The notes below the pieces were generated by a model, which had not been told where the DNA came from, ran no database searches, and saw nothing but the letters and a program-made list of their open reading frames with translations. Shown here one piece after another: positions 35,888 through 51,799 of a stretch of 64,000 nt of DNA (position 1 is the stretch's first letter; each line of letters starts with the position of its first letter). The DNA lies in NCBI RefSeq assembly GCF_009914755.1, contig NC_060932.1; one strand, 5' to 3'. Position numbers and translations under genes: made by a program. The stretch is from the human T2T-CHM13v2.0 reference genome, Homo sapiens.

Positions 35888-36436
35888 TATTCCAGTGCTG
35901 TATGGCTTGGATACCTTCTACCAGTAACAGTATTATTCAACAGTTATTCAGTCTCACTAAAAAGGAAGCTCTTATTTATAATATTTTGATATGGTAGAAT
36001 GAAGTAAAAATGGAAGTGGGCTTGGAGGGATAAAGAATGGGTTTCCAGCCCAAAGTTCTACTTACCATTCTAAGGACCACAAAATGCAAAGCATATGTCA
36101 ATTTTGTTAAACTTGTCTGGAACTCCAAACCCACCCCCTTGCCAAAGCCCAAAGCCCTCCCATGACATGTATGGATTCTCAGCTACTTACTTCCCCAGGT
36201 TTCTCTCTGACTCAGCCTTCCTCCTTCAAGTTTGTTGCTTTAGTACTACCTTGAGTCTGTCAGAAAAAAATTGTGAAATACTTTGAAATGGACAAAATTA
36301 TCACTGGATGTTTTGTCGAATACACCCTTCCGGATTATCTGTGTCCTTTTTGTCTTTGAGCTATTTTAAAATGCTATAAGTAGTAGAAAATGATAATAAT
36401 ACTAAGGATTCCTCTTCATTGAAGAGCAAATGCATT

Positions 36437-36736
36437 TCTTTTTGAAACAGGGTCTTGCTCTGTCTCCCCATCCGGAGTGCAGTGGTATAATCATAGCTCA
36501 CTGCAGCCTCAAGTTCCAGGCTCAAGGAATCTTTCCACCTCAGCCTCCTGAACAGCTGGAATACAAGTGCATGCCACCACATCTGGCTAATTTTCTTTTA
36601 TTTATTTCTTTTTTTTTTAATAGATGAGTTCTCACTATGTTGCCCAGACTGCTCTTCAACTCCTGGCCTCAAGGGGTCCTCTCTCTTCAGCCTCCCAACG
36701 TGCTAGGATTACAGGTATAAGCCACCACACCCTGCC
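36437..36736 (-). mobile_element. AluJ
   Basis: ATCATAGCTCACTGCAGCCTC J-type diagnostic; flanked by CAAATGCA repeats (degenerate TSD). Confidence 0.88.
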
Positions 36737-37964
36737 TACAAATGCAATTTTTTTTTTTTTTTTGATCTGTGGAAATGCAATTGGTTCCCCTCTTCCCACT
36801 GGAAGAAGCCAGTTTTGCACATGTTCATAAAAAAAATGCTGCATTCTTGTCTGTCTTTATAATTTGACTGAATATCCTTGGAATTTTCTTTTGAACTCCT
36901 CTTAACATCTTATTTGTTCTGTCCTTAATTAGTGAATTGTGAAATCTTTGTTACAAGTTTGTTTTATTTTTGCACAAGCCATTATTTTACTTTACTGATT
37001 AAATTATCATTTAACAAGGCACCCACTACCTCCAATTCAAAATAAAACATATTCACCTCAAGCATTTCAAGTAAGTTTTCCAAAGCCTGGGTGGGGAGGG
37101 GAACATGGCAAAGAACCTGCTGTGAAGTCTGTCTTTATGCCTCCAGATCTTGCTTACATTTTCTCTCTCCAGCATCTTTAACTTGAAAATATTCATCCAC
37201 AGTCTCTCTAGGATTCCACAATATTCATGTTTTAGAGACCCAGTAACCACTCCAAGGATCTTACCAGATAATATTCTCAATAAAAATAGACCTCTTTTTG
37301 AAACAATTTCTAGTTCATTTAAAGAAATAAACTGTCTTCAAGAAGAAAGTTTCCAAGCTTTAGTCATCTCATTAGCCAAACAGGACTTATGATAATTATC
37401 TCACAGGAGTGCCTAAGATTTAAACATGATAGTATGTAGAAAGGCACTTAGAATAAAAGCAAAGAGAGGAGTTGCAATAAATTTTAATTCAACCTGAAAC
37501 CATTTAGATAAGATGTGATAGGAATATATATATTTCATCTAGAGTTTAAAGTCATGGTCTGTTCAAAGACCTTGGATGCTGACTCTTCATTATTTGTTGT
37601 CATTTTTCTAAGTCAAGAGGAGGTTATGTTTCACATCCATTTTCATCCACCAATCAAGAATTGTTCCCAAAAGGAACTTCTCTTCTCCTGCTGTCATATA
37701 CACAAATCATGTGTGTCACTCGTCTGCCAACCAAGGCTGCACAATTTCTGTTTAGTCTGAGAGATGCCTTGCCTGACCATCCTCTTTTGGTTATGCCATT
37801 AGGAAAGAAAATAATGCCCTTCTTCTATGTCCCCGTGTGAACTCAAGGCTTGCTTTTTTCCCCCATTAAACTAGAGAAATGTTTTTTAGAAAGTTGGGAG
37901 TTACAGGAGGAAGAAGAACCAGGAATGTCATACGTGACATTAAGTTATATTTTTAATCTGTGTC

Positions 37965-38321
37965 TGTATTAGTTTGTTCTCATGCTGCTAATAAAGACAT
38001 ACCTGAGACTGGATAATTTATAAAGGAAAGAGGTTTAGTTGTTCCACATGGCTGGGGAGGCCTCACAATCATGGCGGAAGATGAAGGAAGAGCAAAGGGA
38101 CATCTTACATGGTGGCAGGCAAGACAGCCTGTGCAGGGGAACTCCCCTATATAAAACCATCAGATTTCATGAGACTTATTCACTATCATGAGAACAGCAT
38201 GGGAGAGACCCACCCCTATGATTCAAATTACCTCCCACTGGGTCCCTCCCACAACATGTGAGAATTAGGAGAGCTACAATTCAAGATGAGATTTGGGTGG
38301 GGACACAGCCAAACCATATCA
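37965..38321 (-). mobile_element. THE1 MaLR solo LTR
   Basis: TGTATTAG...CCAAACCATATCA termini. TSD GTGTC at 37960-37964 and 38322-38326. Confidence 0.92.
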
Positions 38322-38929
38322 GTGTCGAATATCTAATTCTCGACAGAAATCTACTCCTCAGGTGAGTCTATATTTTTAAGCCCTGCTATTTCCTAACAAT
38401 TCATTCTGGGCAGTCTCTTTGAATCTTAATATCCTCATCTTTAAAATACATACCATTGTTTTTCATTCTCCTTGTAATTGCTGGGTCTCCAGTGTCATTC
38501 TTACCTAAATTTTTCATATTTCAAGAAGGCCCCAAATCTGAAGGTCAAGAGAAGTGGCAGAAGACAAGTAATTGTGGTGAAAAAAACTGCAGAGGCAGAG
38601 GAAGAACAAAAAAAGGGAAGATTTTCCAAAACCCAGAAAGAAACTTGCCATTATGGTGAGGTTTACAGCATTTAATGCAACTTAGGAATGTTATCAACAG
38701 AACATCCTTTTTCTAGGATCCCCGTTTGTGGTAATGTTTTGGTACAGATTAACACCCAGCAATAACTACTAATTAGCAGCTTTGGCTTGAACAACTTACT
38801 CTAACAAAGTATTAGTCCTTTGGTTATACATATACATCATAACCAAAATTAGCTTGTACTGTCAGTAAGTAAGAAATTTTTCTAAAATAATAAAACTTCA
38901 ACTTTGAGCTTGAATTTTCTCTGTGTGTG

Positions 38930-39381
38930 TGTCATGGGTTGAATTTTGCCCATCAATCCAAATTCACATGTTAAAGTTCTAACTCCCAGTACCTTAGAAT
39001 GTGACCTTATTTGAAAAACGGGTCATTGCAAATGTAATTAATTAAGATGAGATCATTAGGTTGGCTCATACTCCAATATGACTTGTATATTTATTAAAAG
39101 GGGAAATTTGGACACAGACACACATACAGAAAGAATGCCATATGAAGAAGAATGCAAAGGTACTTCTACAAGTCAAGTATCGCCAAAGATTGCCAGCAAA
39201 CCACTGGAAACTAGGTGAACAGCAGGGAACAGACTCTTCCTCTCAGTTCTCAGAAGATGCCAATGCTGCTAATACCTTGATCTCAAACTTTAGCCTCCAA
39301 AACAGTGAATACATAAATTTCTATTGTTAAAGCCCTTCAGTTTGTGGAACTTTGTTACAGCAGCCTTAGCAAATGAATACA
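38930..39381 (+). mobile_element. MLT1 (B/C-like) MaLR solo LTR
   Basis: TGTCATGGGTTGAAT...GCAAATGAATACA termini. TSD GTGTG at 38925-38929 and 39382-39386. Confidence 0.85.
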
Positions 39382-39566
39382 GTGTGTTATAAAAGTAAGC
39401 AAAGACATTATTGTATACATCAACATATCACAACGGTAAACAGCCAAATCTGTGCTAATGATTTTTTTCCAGCTTATCTGTGGACTAGGACAACAGGATG
39501 TATTCAGCATTAGTACTACATTGTTATTCAATTACATTGTTCCATACAATCAGGCCACATAAGAAG

Positions 39567-39768
39567 ATGGAAACCCGTCTCTACTAAAAATACAAAAAGC
39601 TAGCTGGGCATGGCAGCAGGCGCCTGTAGTCCCAGTTACTTAGGAGGCTGGGGCACAAAAATTGCTTGAACCCAGGAGGCGGAGACTGCAGTGACCCGAG
39701 ATTATACCACTGCACTCCAGCCTGAGCAACAGAGCGAGACTGTCCTCCCAAAAAATAAACAAATAAAA
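39567..39768 (+). mobile_element. 5'-truncated AluS (linker plus right arm)
   Basis: AAACCCGTCTCTACTAAAAATACAAAA...CACTGCACTCCAGCCTG followed by an A-rich tail. Confidence 0.85.
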
Positions 39769-40244
39769 GACCAATGTTAAAGGCTGAATGGTCACAATGT
39801 TATAATGTTATCTTGATCACAATACAAACATAATTTGATGTGAGATTATAACATGATAATTTGATATGAGACCATTGAATGTTTAGCAGCTTTTAAGTTC
39901 TCTCTATATTAAAAAAGAGGCAGCTAAGGAATCACCATCACTATATTTTTTCTTTGGTTCATCTGCATTTTATTTTAAATAACAACTCCGTGGTCCTTGC
40001 ATGGACATTCTTAATGAGAATGTCCAGTAGATTATCATCATCAAATTATCATTACTGTCATTCACTGTGTACTGACTGGGTAGAATGATGAATATTCATA
40101 TATTCAAATATAATTGCCTAATATATATTGAAATATTTCTATATTTATAATTTCATCTTATCAATCTACTATGTTCTGTTTGAATGACCTATAAAAAATC
40201 TATAAACCATGCTTTGTACATCACACAGAAAACCATAAATTTCC

Positions 40245-40620
40245 AATGGTAAATTGATTGTGTTAGTAGCCCCAATTAATGACTTCTCTCTATATTCATG
40301 ATCTTTATCTGTACCTTCATAGTCCCCTTCCTCTCTGATTTCAGTCTTGGCTATAGGACTTGCTTTGGGCAATGGAACAGCAATAAACACAAACAGATTT
40401 GAAAAGCATGTTCACATTTCCACTTCCTTACATCCTTACATGGACACTGTGACTTCCATGAGAATAAGCCTGAGCTGGCTGTCTAGAGGGATGTGGCATG
40501 TGAAAGAGAATTGAGTCACCAAGAAACAAATAAGAAATAATAAATTATCTTTGTTTTAAGTCTTTACATTTTGGTATGCCTTGTTACATAAAATTATAGT
40601 GACAATTGATAACTGATACA
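40245..40620 (+). mobile_element. Old MLT1-family LTR relic
   Basis: GACTTGCTTTGGGCAATGGAAC...TTGTTTTAAG...GATAACTGATACA terminus. Confidence 0.6.
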
Positions 40621-42369
40621 CTTTGTCTCTAGATTGTATTTTTAATAAAGACAAAGATCATGTTTATTTTGTTCACCACTGCACACCCTGGCATGCAGGA
40701 ATAACTCAAAATATCAATTTTTAATAACTTGGAAGAGAGTTGCTATTACTAATTTGGAGAGCAAGGACAAAAAGAAGCAATGTTTTCCAAATATTTGAGA
40801 TTAAATATGGACTGATTTGTTCCAAAGTGTATAAGAAAAGAGCAGTAGATTAAGGTTCAGGAAAGTACATATAAGTTTATCTTGGAAAAAAACTAAACAG
40901 TATTAAGAAATCACGAACACTGTGGCCAAGCTAGTATTTGGAATTAATCCCAGATCTATCACTTAATAACGTGAACCATGGCAATTTATATAATCTCTCT
41001 AAGCCTTAATTTATTCATTTTTAAAATGGTGCCATTAATTCCTATCCATAAGCTTTTGTAAGAAGGGAATGCTATTTCAATGTCACCTTCACAGAAATTT
41101 CTTTCTTGACTATACCAACCACATATCTTATTATCATTTATGTAGTACTGCAATGTTTGGGTTCATAATTTTATATATGTATGCATATGTGTGTATTCAT
41201 ATATACAGGTGTGTATAGTCATGTATGTGTATACATGGTTATATTTTAATAAATTTGTAAAATTTGATTGTTTACCTGATTATTACCTGTCTTACACCTA
41301 TGTTGATTTTACACATCATTCTACTCCTAGTATGCATAATACCTAGCACATAGTAGCTGTTCTACAAATCTTTCTGTACTTAGTAAGTTAATTAACAACA
41401 TATTTATACAAAGAATGAAGGACTATTACCATAATGCAAGTACAAAGTGCTTAATAAATAGTAATTATAATCATGATACCTCTAACAAAGGGTGAGCTAT
41501 TTTGTGAGGGCGAAAATACTGAAACTAATTTAATGATTATGTTTCAGAGTTGCTGTAGTAAAATATCCTGCGCTTATTCAGAATTTGGACTCATTTAATA
41601 AAATTCTGAGAGCTTCTGACCATGAGTTAGTAACCATCAATGAGCAAATACAGAGCAAGGCAAACTCCCAAAGACAAGCACATACCTACAGAGAAGAGGA
41701 AATATGAAGACAAAAATAACCATGAAGATAGTCCCCGACTCAGCTTCTGATTGGCACATTTGACCTCTTTTGATTTGAGCATGGCTTCCTAGTGTCCCCA
41801 AGTTGAAAATTCAAGCCGTGTGAGCATCACACAAGGTCTTAGATAATATAGTGACAATTTTCAGTCTCTCGTCTTACCTTGATCTGAATTACTGACATAC
41901 TAAATAATGTTTAAAATGTTTAAATATCATCAACTATTTTATCCTTAAGCCTTGGCCCTTAGAGTTCCTTATTACTAACATGATCTTTTCTCTTATTTGT
42001 CTGCCCAAATCCTACTCACAACTCAAGACTCTACAATGGTGTCACTTCCTATGGGAAGCCTGAACCTGACGGCCTCTTTCCAATCTAGGCGGAACAGTTT
42101 AGGTGCCCTGGATAGGTAAAATTTTATAATATAATGACTAATAATTGTGTATTTGTTTTCCTGGATATTTCAGTAGATTGTGAATTCCTTAAGGACAAGA
42201 CTTATAGTTTTTTTCTATCTATATCATCATCAGTTAGAATATTCAGAAAGTGAGCTCTCAAGAGCTATGTATCAAGTGGAAATTTATCAAGAATATTTAA
42301 AATGGTCCAATTGCATAATATGTTAAGAATCCTACCAATTACAATCGCTATGTGACATAGCACATCTGT

Positions 42370-42910
42370 CAGTAATTTTGAGTTGGGGTGTGCTTCTGTG
42401 TAAGATTGAAATCATCTGTACTTTTAAGTTTTGTTAGGACTCACCTGTAGAAACCTCTGGGCCTTGTGGTTTTCTTGGTATGAAAAATTTTGACTAGGTA
42501 CTCAATTTATTTAAATGCAATTAGACAATTCGGGCTTTTAAACTTCTGCTTGAGCCAATTTTGATCATTTCATTTTTTTTCCTAGGAATTTAACCATTTT
42601 ATCTAACTATAAATAAACTGACATAAATCTGCTTTTTTATTTTATTATTATTATACTTTAAGTTTTAGGGTACCTGTGCACAACATGCAGGTTTGTTACA
42701 TATGTATACATGTGCCATGTTGGTGTGCTGCACCCATTAACTCGTCATTTAGCATTAGGTATATCTCCTAATGCTATCCCTCCCCCTTCCCCCATCTGGT
42801 TTTGAGTTATGTCACTTACTTAATTTCTAATATTACTTATTTGCATTTTCTCTTTTCTTATTCAATCTCAGTCAAGTCAGAGGCTTAACAGTTTCATTAG
42901 CCTTGACAAA
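42370..42910 (-). mobile_element. Ancient L1M fragment hosting a short L1PA insertion
   Basis: ACTCACCTGTAGAAACCTCTGGGCCTTG...TTTCCTAGGAATTTAACCATTTTATCTAA, a reverse ORF2-like relic. Confidence 0.6.
42637..42793 (-). mobile_element. Very short 5'-truncated L1PA (PA4-6-like) 3' end
   Basis: TTATTATACTTTAAGTTTTAGGGTAC...AATGCTATCCCTCCCCC. TSD ATCTG(C/G)TTTT at 42627-42636 and 42794-42803. Confidence 0.88.
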
Positions 42911-43321
42911 GAGCCAACCCTGGCCTTGTTATCTATTTTATGAATTTATGCTCATATTTGTTATTCTAGTACAGCATCTGGGTGAGTCTGAGAGTCCTTC
43001 TTCAAAAACGATGTAGCAAGAATTACTAAGCATGTGGTGGTACCCTTGATAGTCCGAGTATAGAAAACCTATTGGCTAAGAATAAGTTTAAGGGAGGCTA
43101 TTGAAGGTATTTCTCAAAGGATAACTGTGGCCGCAGAAGGATCAAAACAGTGGAGCATCTCTGCCATCACGAAAAAAATCAGACTATGTGAACTAGATGT
43201 GAATAATAACAACTTTTGGCAGCAGCGAAAGCAATGTTCACAAAATCAATGGAATAGAAAAAGGCTCTACAAGGTACTTAGTGAGAGTATCAGAACATTT
43301 AGGCTGGTTAAGTAAGGTGTT

Positions 43322-43637
<316 letters not shown>

Positions 43638-44305
43638 TTAGGATTTCCTGATAATTGGAGCATGTATATATGGGCTCAGGCTTTTGACCAGGCTGCTGAG
43701 ACAACTGATGCCCACACAAATGTGGAAATTGTGCTATTATCAGGAATAGAAAGAAAGATTATTAACTACCTACTCTTAAGGGGTTTCAGTCTAGTGTAGC
43801 GAAATCTCCAACAAAAATAATAATAATATCCTGTGGTCTGTTATAAAAGAGATCTCTAGCAGTTGCTAGGAAAACTTGAGTTTCTAAATCCTTTGTTTTC
43901 TAAAATATTAGATCTTAGAGAAATCAAAGCAGGCTTTCTTCAGGAGATAGTGCTTGAGATAAATTTAGAAAATGGTTCTTAATTTGGTGCTCCTAGAGTC
44001 TTAAAGTTTCTAATGTTATGCTTCAGAGAGTTTGATTTCTTTTTGTCAAATTTTTGTGCACATTTGCCCTTGTAGTTAATAAATTTTATTGGATACTCAA
44101 AAGCAGCCAGTGATTTTAAACATATAAATATATGATTATAATCATATGTTCATAAATACATATATATGTATATATAGTTATATATGTGTGTGTGTGGCTG
44201 TGCGTGATTATTGTTGACAGTTACAGCAGCCTGAATAAAGCTTCATTCATATGTAGTGAAAATGAGTGACAATGTGATTGGAAAGTTAGGCCATGACTTG
44301 ACCTG

Positions 44306-46562
44306 TGTATTAGTTCATTCTTACACTGCTAGTAAAGACATACCTGAGACCTGGTAATTTATAAAGGAGAAGGTTTAATGGAATCACAGTTCCACATGGC
44401 TAGGGAGGCCCCACAATCATGGCGGAAAGTGAATGAGGAGCAAAGTCACATCTTACATGGCAGCAGGCAAGAGAGCTTGTGTAGAGAAACTCCCCTTTAT
44501 AAAACCACCAGATATCATGAGACTTATTCACTATCATGAAAATAGCACAGGAAAGACCTGCCCCCATGATTCAGTTACCTCCCAGCTGGGTCCCTCCCAT
44601 GACATATGGGAATTATGGGAGCTATAATTCAAGATGAGATTTGGGTGAGGACACAGCCAAAACATATTATTCTGCCCCCATCCCTCCCAAATCTCATGTC
44701 CTCACATTTCAAAACCAATCAGGCCTTCCCCACAGTCCCCCAAAGTCTCAACTCATTTCAGCATTAACTGAAAAGTCCATAGTCCGAAGTCTCATCTAAG
44801 ACCAGGCAAGTCCCTTCTGCCTATGAGCCTGTAAAATAAAAAACAAATTAGTTCCTTCCTAGATACAATGAGGGTACAGGCATTGGGTAAATATACCTGT
44901 TCCAAATGAGAGAAATTAGCCAAAACAAAGGGCTACAGGCCCCATGCAAGTCTGAAATCCAATAGGGCAGTCATTAAACCTTAAAGTTCTAAGAACATCT
45001 CCTTTGACTCCATGTCTCACAGCCAGGTCATGCTGATTGAAGAGATAGGCTCTCATGGCCTCTGGCAGCTCTGTTCCTCTGGCTTTGCAGAGTACAGCCC
45101 CCCTCCTGGCTGCTTTCACAGACTGTCATTGAGTGTGTGTGGCTTTTCTAGGTGCATGGTGCAAGCTGTCAGTGGATCTACCATTCTGGGGTCTGGAGGA
45201 CAGTGGCCCTCACAGCTCCACTAGGCAGTGCCCCAGTGGGGACTCTGTGTGGGGGCTCTGACCCCACATTTCCCTTTTGCACTGCCCTAGCAGAGGTTCT
45301 CCATGAGGGCCCTGCCCTTGCAGCACACCTCTGCCTCGACATCCAGGCATTTACATACATACTCTGAAATCTAGGCAGAGGTTCCCAAACCTCTACGTTT
45401 GACTTCAGTGCACCCACAGGCCCAATACCATGTGGAAGGTGCCAAAGCTTGGGGCTTGCACCCTCTGAAGCCAGGACCTAAGATGTACCTTGGACCCTTT
45501 TAGCCATGGCTGGAGTGGCTGGGATGCAGGGCACGAAGTTCCTAGGCTGCACACAGCAGCAGAGCCTTTGGCCCAGCCCACAAAACCATTTTTCCCTCCT
45601 AGGTCTCTGGACCTCTGATGGGAGGGTCTGCCCCCAAAGTCTCTTAGATGCCCTGGAGATGTTTTCCCCATTGCCTTGGTGATTAGCATTTAGCTCCTCA
45701 TTACTTATGCAAATTTCTAAGCAGGCTTGAATTTCTCCCCAGAAAATGGATTTTGCTTTTCTACTGCATTATCAGGCTGCAGATTTTTCAAACTTTTATG
45801 CTCTGCTTCCTCTTGAATTATTTTGTTGCTTAGAAATTTCTTCTAAATTTATTCTGCTAGATACCTGAAATCATCTCTCTCAAGTTCAAAGATTCACAGA
45901 TCTCTAGGGCAGGGGCAAAATGTCTCTTTGCATAGCAAGAGTGACTTTTACTCCAGTTCCCAACAAGTTCCTCATCTCCATCTGAGATCACCTCAGCTGG
46001 CACTTTATTGTTCATATCACTATCAGCATTTTGGTCAAAGCCATTCAATAAGTCTCTAGGAAGTTCCAAACTTTCCCATATCTTCTCTCTTCTGAGTCCT
46101 CCAAACCATTCCAATCTCTGCCTGTTACCCAGTTCCAAAGTCGCTTCCACATTTTTGGGTATCTTTACAACAGCACCCTACTCTACTGGTAACAATTTAC
46201 TGTATTAGTCTGTTCTCATGCTGCCAATAAAGACATACCAAAGACTAGGTAATTTATAAAGGAAAGAGGTTTAATTGACACACAGTTCTACATGGCTGGG
46301 GAGGTCTCAGAGTCATGGCTGATGGTGAATGAGGAGCAAAGTCACATCTTACATGGTGGCAAGCAAGAGAACTTGTGTAAGGGAACTCTCCTTTATAAAA
46401 CCATCAGATCTCATGAGACTTATTCACTATCATAAGAATAGTATGGGAAAGACCCACCCCATGATTCAATCACCTCCCACCAGGGCCCTCCCATGACACA
46501 TGGGAATTATAGGAGCTACAATTCAAGATGAGATTGGGTGGGGATACAGTCAAACCATATCA
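44306..46562 (-). mobile_element. Full-length THE1 (C/D-like) MaLR provirus: LTR 44306-44669, internal region 44670-46200, LTR 46201-46562
   Basis: Two ~360-bp direct LTRs (TGTATTAG...CATAT(C/T)A) flank THE1-int sequence. Perfect TSD ACCTG at 44301-44305 and 46563-46567. Confidence 0.95.
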
Positions 46563-47026
46563 ACCTGTAAAGGCACCTGATTAACAAGTTAAGAACTACA
46601 AAGAGCTTGTATAGAAAAGATTATTATCCATGGAGCACCAACTTCAGATGGCTGTCCATATTGAATGTACAAATATTTAATTTTTTTCTCACAACAAACA
46701 CAAAATAAAGCATGCATTTAAATTCTACAAAAGCATTGAGTGCTTATTGCCTATACTGTGCTGAGCATACACAGATGAACACACTCAGTTTACTGGAACA
46801 GGAGGAATCCTAGTGCACTGAAAGAAACACAGATAGTGACAAAGTGCATAGGGTGCTAAGATGCAGGTGAGCCCTGTGTGATGTGACATCCAAAAGAAAG
46901 GGGCTTAGAAGGGTTCACGATCTTTTGTGTGCTCATGGAGATTTGAGCAACTCCCAAATTTCTCCAGAGGCACAAATTCTAAGCTCTAGATATGTGATCA
47001 CTCTAGTGACATCAACAAGCCATTTC

Positions 47027-47300
47027 AGGAAGGAAGGAGAAAAGAAAAGAAGAAAGGGAAGAATGGAGGAAAGAAGGAAGGAAAGGAAAGGCAAGGAAAA
47101 GGAAGGTAAGAAGTGAAGGGAAGAAGGGAAGGGGATAAAGAAAGGGAAGGGAAAAAGGGAAGGGGATAAAGGAAGGGAATGGAAGACAGGGGAAAGAGAA
47201 AAGAAAAGAAAAGAGAAGAAGGAAGAAAGGAAGGAAGGAGAAAGAAAGAAAAAGAAAGAAAGAAGGAAGGAAGGAAGGAAGGAAAGAAAGAAAGAAAGAA
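47027..47300. repeat. GA-rich polypurine tract (GGAA/GAAA mosaic)
   Basis: About 275 bp, almost exclusively A/G on the + strand. Confidence 0.92.
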
Positions 47301-47302
47301 TT

Positions 47303-49085
47303 GGTGTGGTGTGGTGCTGAAAAAAATGTATATTCTGTTGATTTGGGGTGGAGAGTTCTGTAGATGTCTATTAGGTCCACTTGATGCAGAGCTGAGTTCA
47401 ATTCCTGGGTATCCTTGTTAACTTTCTGTCTCGTTGATCTGTCTAATGTTGACAGTGGGGTGTTAAAATCTCCCATTATTATTGTGTGGGAGTCTAAGTC
47501 TCTTTGTAGGTCACTCAGGACTTGCTTTATGAATCTGGGTGCTCCTGTATTGGGTGCATATATATTTAGGATAGTTAGCTCTTCTTGTTGAATTGATCCC
47601 TTTACCATGATGTAATGGCCTTGTCTCTTTTGATCTTTGTTGGTTTAAAGTCTGTTTCATCAGAGACTAGGATTGCAACCCCTGCCTTTTCTTGTTTTCC
47701 ATTTGCTTGGTAGATCTTCCTCCATCCTTTTATTTTGAGCCTATGTGTGTCTCTGCACGTGAGATGGATTTCCTGAATAAAGCACACTAATGGGTCTTGA
47801 CTCTTTATCCAATTTGCCAGTCTGTGTCTTTTAATTGGAGCATTTAGTCCATTTACATTTAAAGTTAATATTGTTATGTGTGAATTTGATCCTGTCATTA
47901 TGATGTAGCTGGTTATTTTGCTCATTAGTTGATGCAGTTTCCTCCTAGCCTCGATGGTCTTTACAATTTGGCATGATTTTGCAGTGGCTGGTGCCAGTTG
48001 TTACTTTCCATGTTTACTGCTTCCTTCAGGAGCTCTTTTAGGGCAGGCCTGGTGGTGACAAAATCTCTCAGCATTTGCTTGTCTGTAAAGTATTTTCTTT
48101 CTCCTTCACTTATGAAGCTTAGTTTGGCTGGATATGAAATTCTGGGTTGAAAATTCTTTTCTTTAAGAATGTTGAATATTGGCCCCCACTCTCTTCTGGC
48201 TTGTAGAGTTTCTGCCGAGAGATCCACTGTTAGTCTGATGGGCTTCCCTTTGTGGGTAACCCGACCTTTCTCTCTGGCTGCCCTTAACATTTTTTCCTTC
48301 ATTTCAACTTTGGTGAATCTGACAATTATGTGTATTGGAGTTGCTCTTCTCGAGGAGTATCTTTGTGGCATTATCTGTATTTCCTGAATCTGAATGTTGG
48401 CCTGCCTTGCTAGATTGGGGAAGTTATCCTGGATAATATCCTGCAGAGTGTTTTCCAACTTGATTCCATTCTCCCTGTCACTTTCAGGTATAAAATCAGA
48501 CGTAGATTTGGTCTTTTCACATAGTCCCATATTTCTTGGAGGCTTTGTTCATTTCTTTTTATTCTTTTTTCTCTAAACTTCCCTTCTCGCTTCATTTCAT
48601 TCATTTCATCTTCCATCGCTGATACCCTTTCTTCCAGTTGATCGCATCGGCTCCTGAGGCTTCTGCATTCTTCACATAGTTCTCAAGCCTTGGCTTTCAG
48701 CTTCATCAGCTCCTTTAAGCACTTCTCTGTATTGGTTATTCTAGTTATACATTCGTCTAAATTTTTTTCAAAGTTTTCAACTTCTTTGCCTTTGGTTTGA
48801 ATTTCCTCCTGTAGCTCGGGGTAGTTTGATCATCTGAAGCCTTCTTCTCTCAACTCGTCAAAGTCATTCTCCATCCAGCTTTGTCCCGTTGCTGGTGAGG
48901 AACTGCGTTCCTTTGGAGGAGGAGAGGCGCTCTGCTTTTTAGGGTTTCCAGTTTTTCTGCTCTGTTTTTTCCCCATCTTTGTGGTTTTATCTACTTTTGG
49001 TTTTTGATGATGGTGATGTACAGATGGGTTTCTGGTGTGGATGTCTTTTCTTTTTGTTAGTTTTCCTTCTAATAGACAGGACCCT

Positions 49086-49086
<1 letters not shown>
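47303..49086 (-). mobile_element. Inverted 5' segment of a twin-primed L1PA (end of 5'UTR, ORF1, ORF2 endonuclease to ~aa 200)
   Basis: Minus-strand ORFs give MGKKQSRKTGN (ORF1 start), the ORF1 C-terminus, and MTGSNSHITILTLN...GDFNTPLS...FFSAPHHT; frameshifted. Confidence 0.95.
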
Positions 49087-50912
<1,826 letters not shown>

Positions 50913-51700
50913 AAAGAAAGAAAGAATTTTTTTCCTAGAACAGAATGTGTCCACCAGGAAGAAAATTTTAGGAAGCCTTGAGCCTTCTACTTAAATGTAT
51001 TTGAGTTTGCCTACGTTTTATGCTGCTTTGCCCAATATTAGTGTCCAAATGAAAGGACTCTTGTTGCTGATTGCTGTTTGCTTTTGCCTTGGCCGCTGAA
51101 GTTTTACTTGGCCTTGTCAGATATTGACTTTGCCCTTGGCTGTTTCACTTGCAGCATTTTTTTTTTTCAAATTCTGTCAACAGACTGAACCAATATTTCT
51201 TTGCAGGAATTAAACATTAATGGATTGACAGAAGTTTCTGGAAAAATCTTTCACAGCCAATGGACAGCATCTGTTGTAGATGAGCATAAAACCAAAGTGG
51301 ACAAAAATTCATCTTGATTTTGTCATTGTTGTTGCCATTTGTTTGTCCTTTAGAGAAACACTCTATGCTTCAAGAATGCATGAAGTTTTTGCCAGGTAGG
51401 TTGAGTGTAGAGGAAGTGGTGGTCAAATCTGGAAAGGAAGATTATAAATATCTCAAAACTCTATTTTCCCATTACAAGAGTGTGAAGAGAGGAGGATTAA
51501 GTCATTGACTAATAATAAACATGCAATTAAGAAGAAAAATAAACACCATGTTAGAAGAAACAAAGAGTAGAAACAGAACATGAAAGGCTCCAAGAAGGAC
51601 TAGAAATAAACTATCTTCACTTATTTCTTAATATATTGAGGAGAGGAATCTCTGGACATTGATTAAGAGCCAAGTAAATACACAACTGTCACTAATGTGA

Positions 51701-51738
51701 ATCTAATAATGAGTGAAGGATCTAATAATGAGTGGAGG
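51701..51738. repeat. 19-bp tandem duplication
   Basis: ATCTAATAATGAGTGAAGG followed by ATCTAATAATGAGTGGAGG (1 mismatch). Confidence 0.9.
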
Positions 51739-51799
51739 AGTGAGCTGCCTATAGGCTATTTCACATGAGATGCAGGGAATGTAATCAACTGAGTATGTA

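Noticed and set aside
47012-47608. 198-aa ORF: endonuclease fragment fused to a hydrophobic F/L/S/P tail
   Set aside because: The tail is just the reverse-strand translation of the GA tract. The EN domain is frameshifted and truncated, and the inverted piece lacks the L1 promoter.
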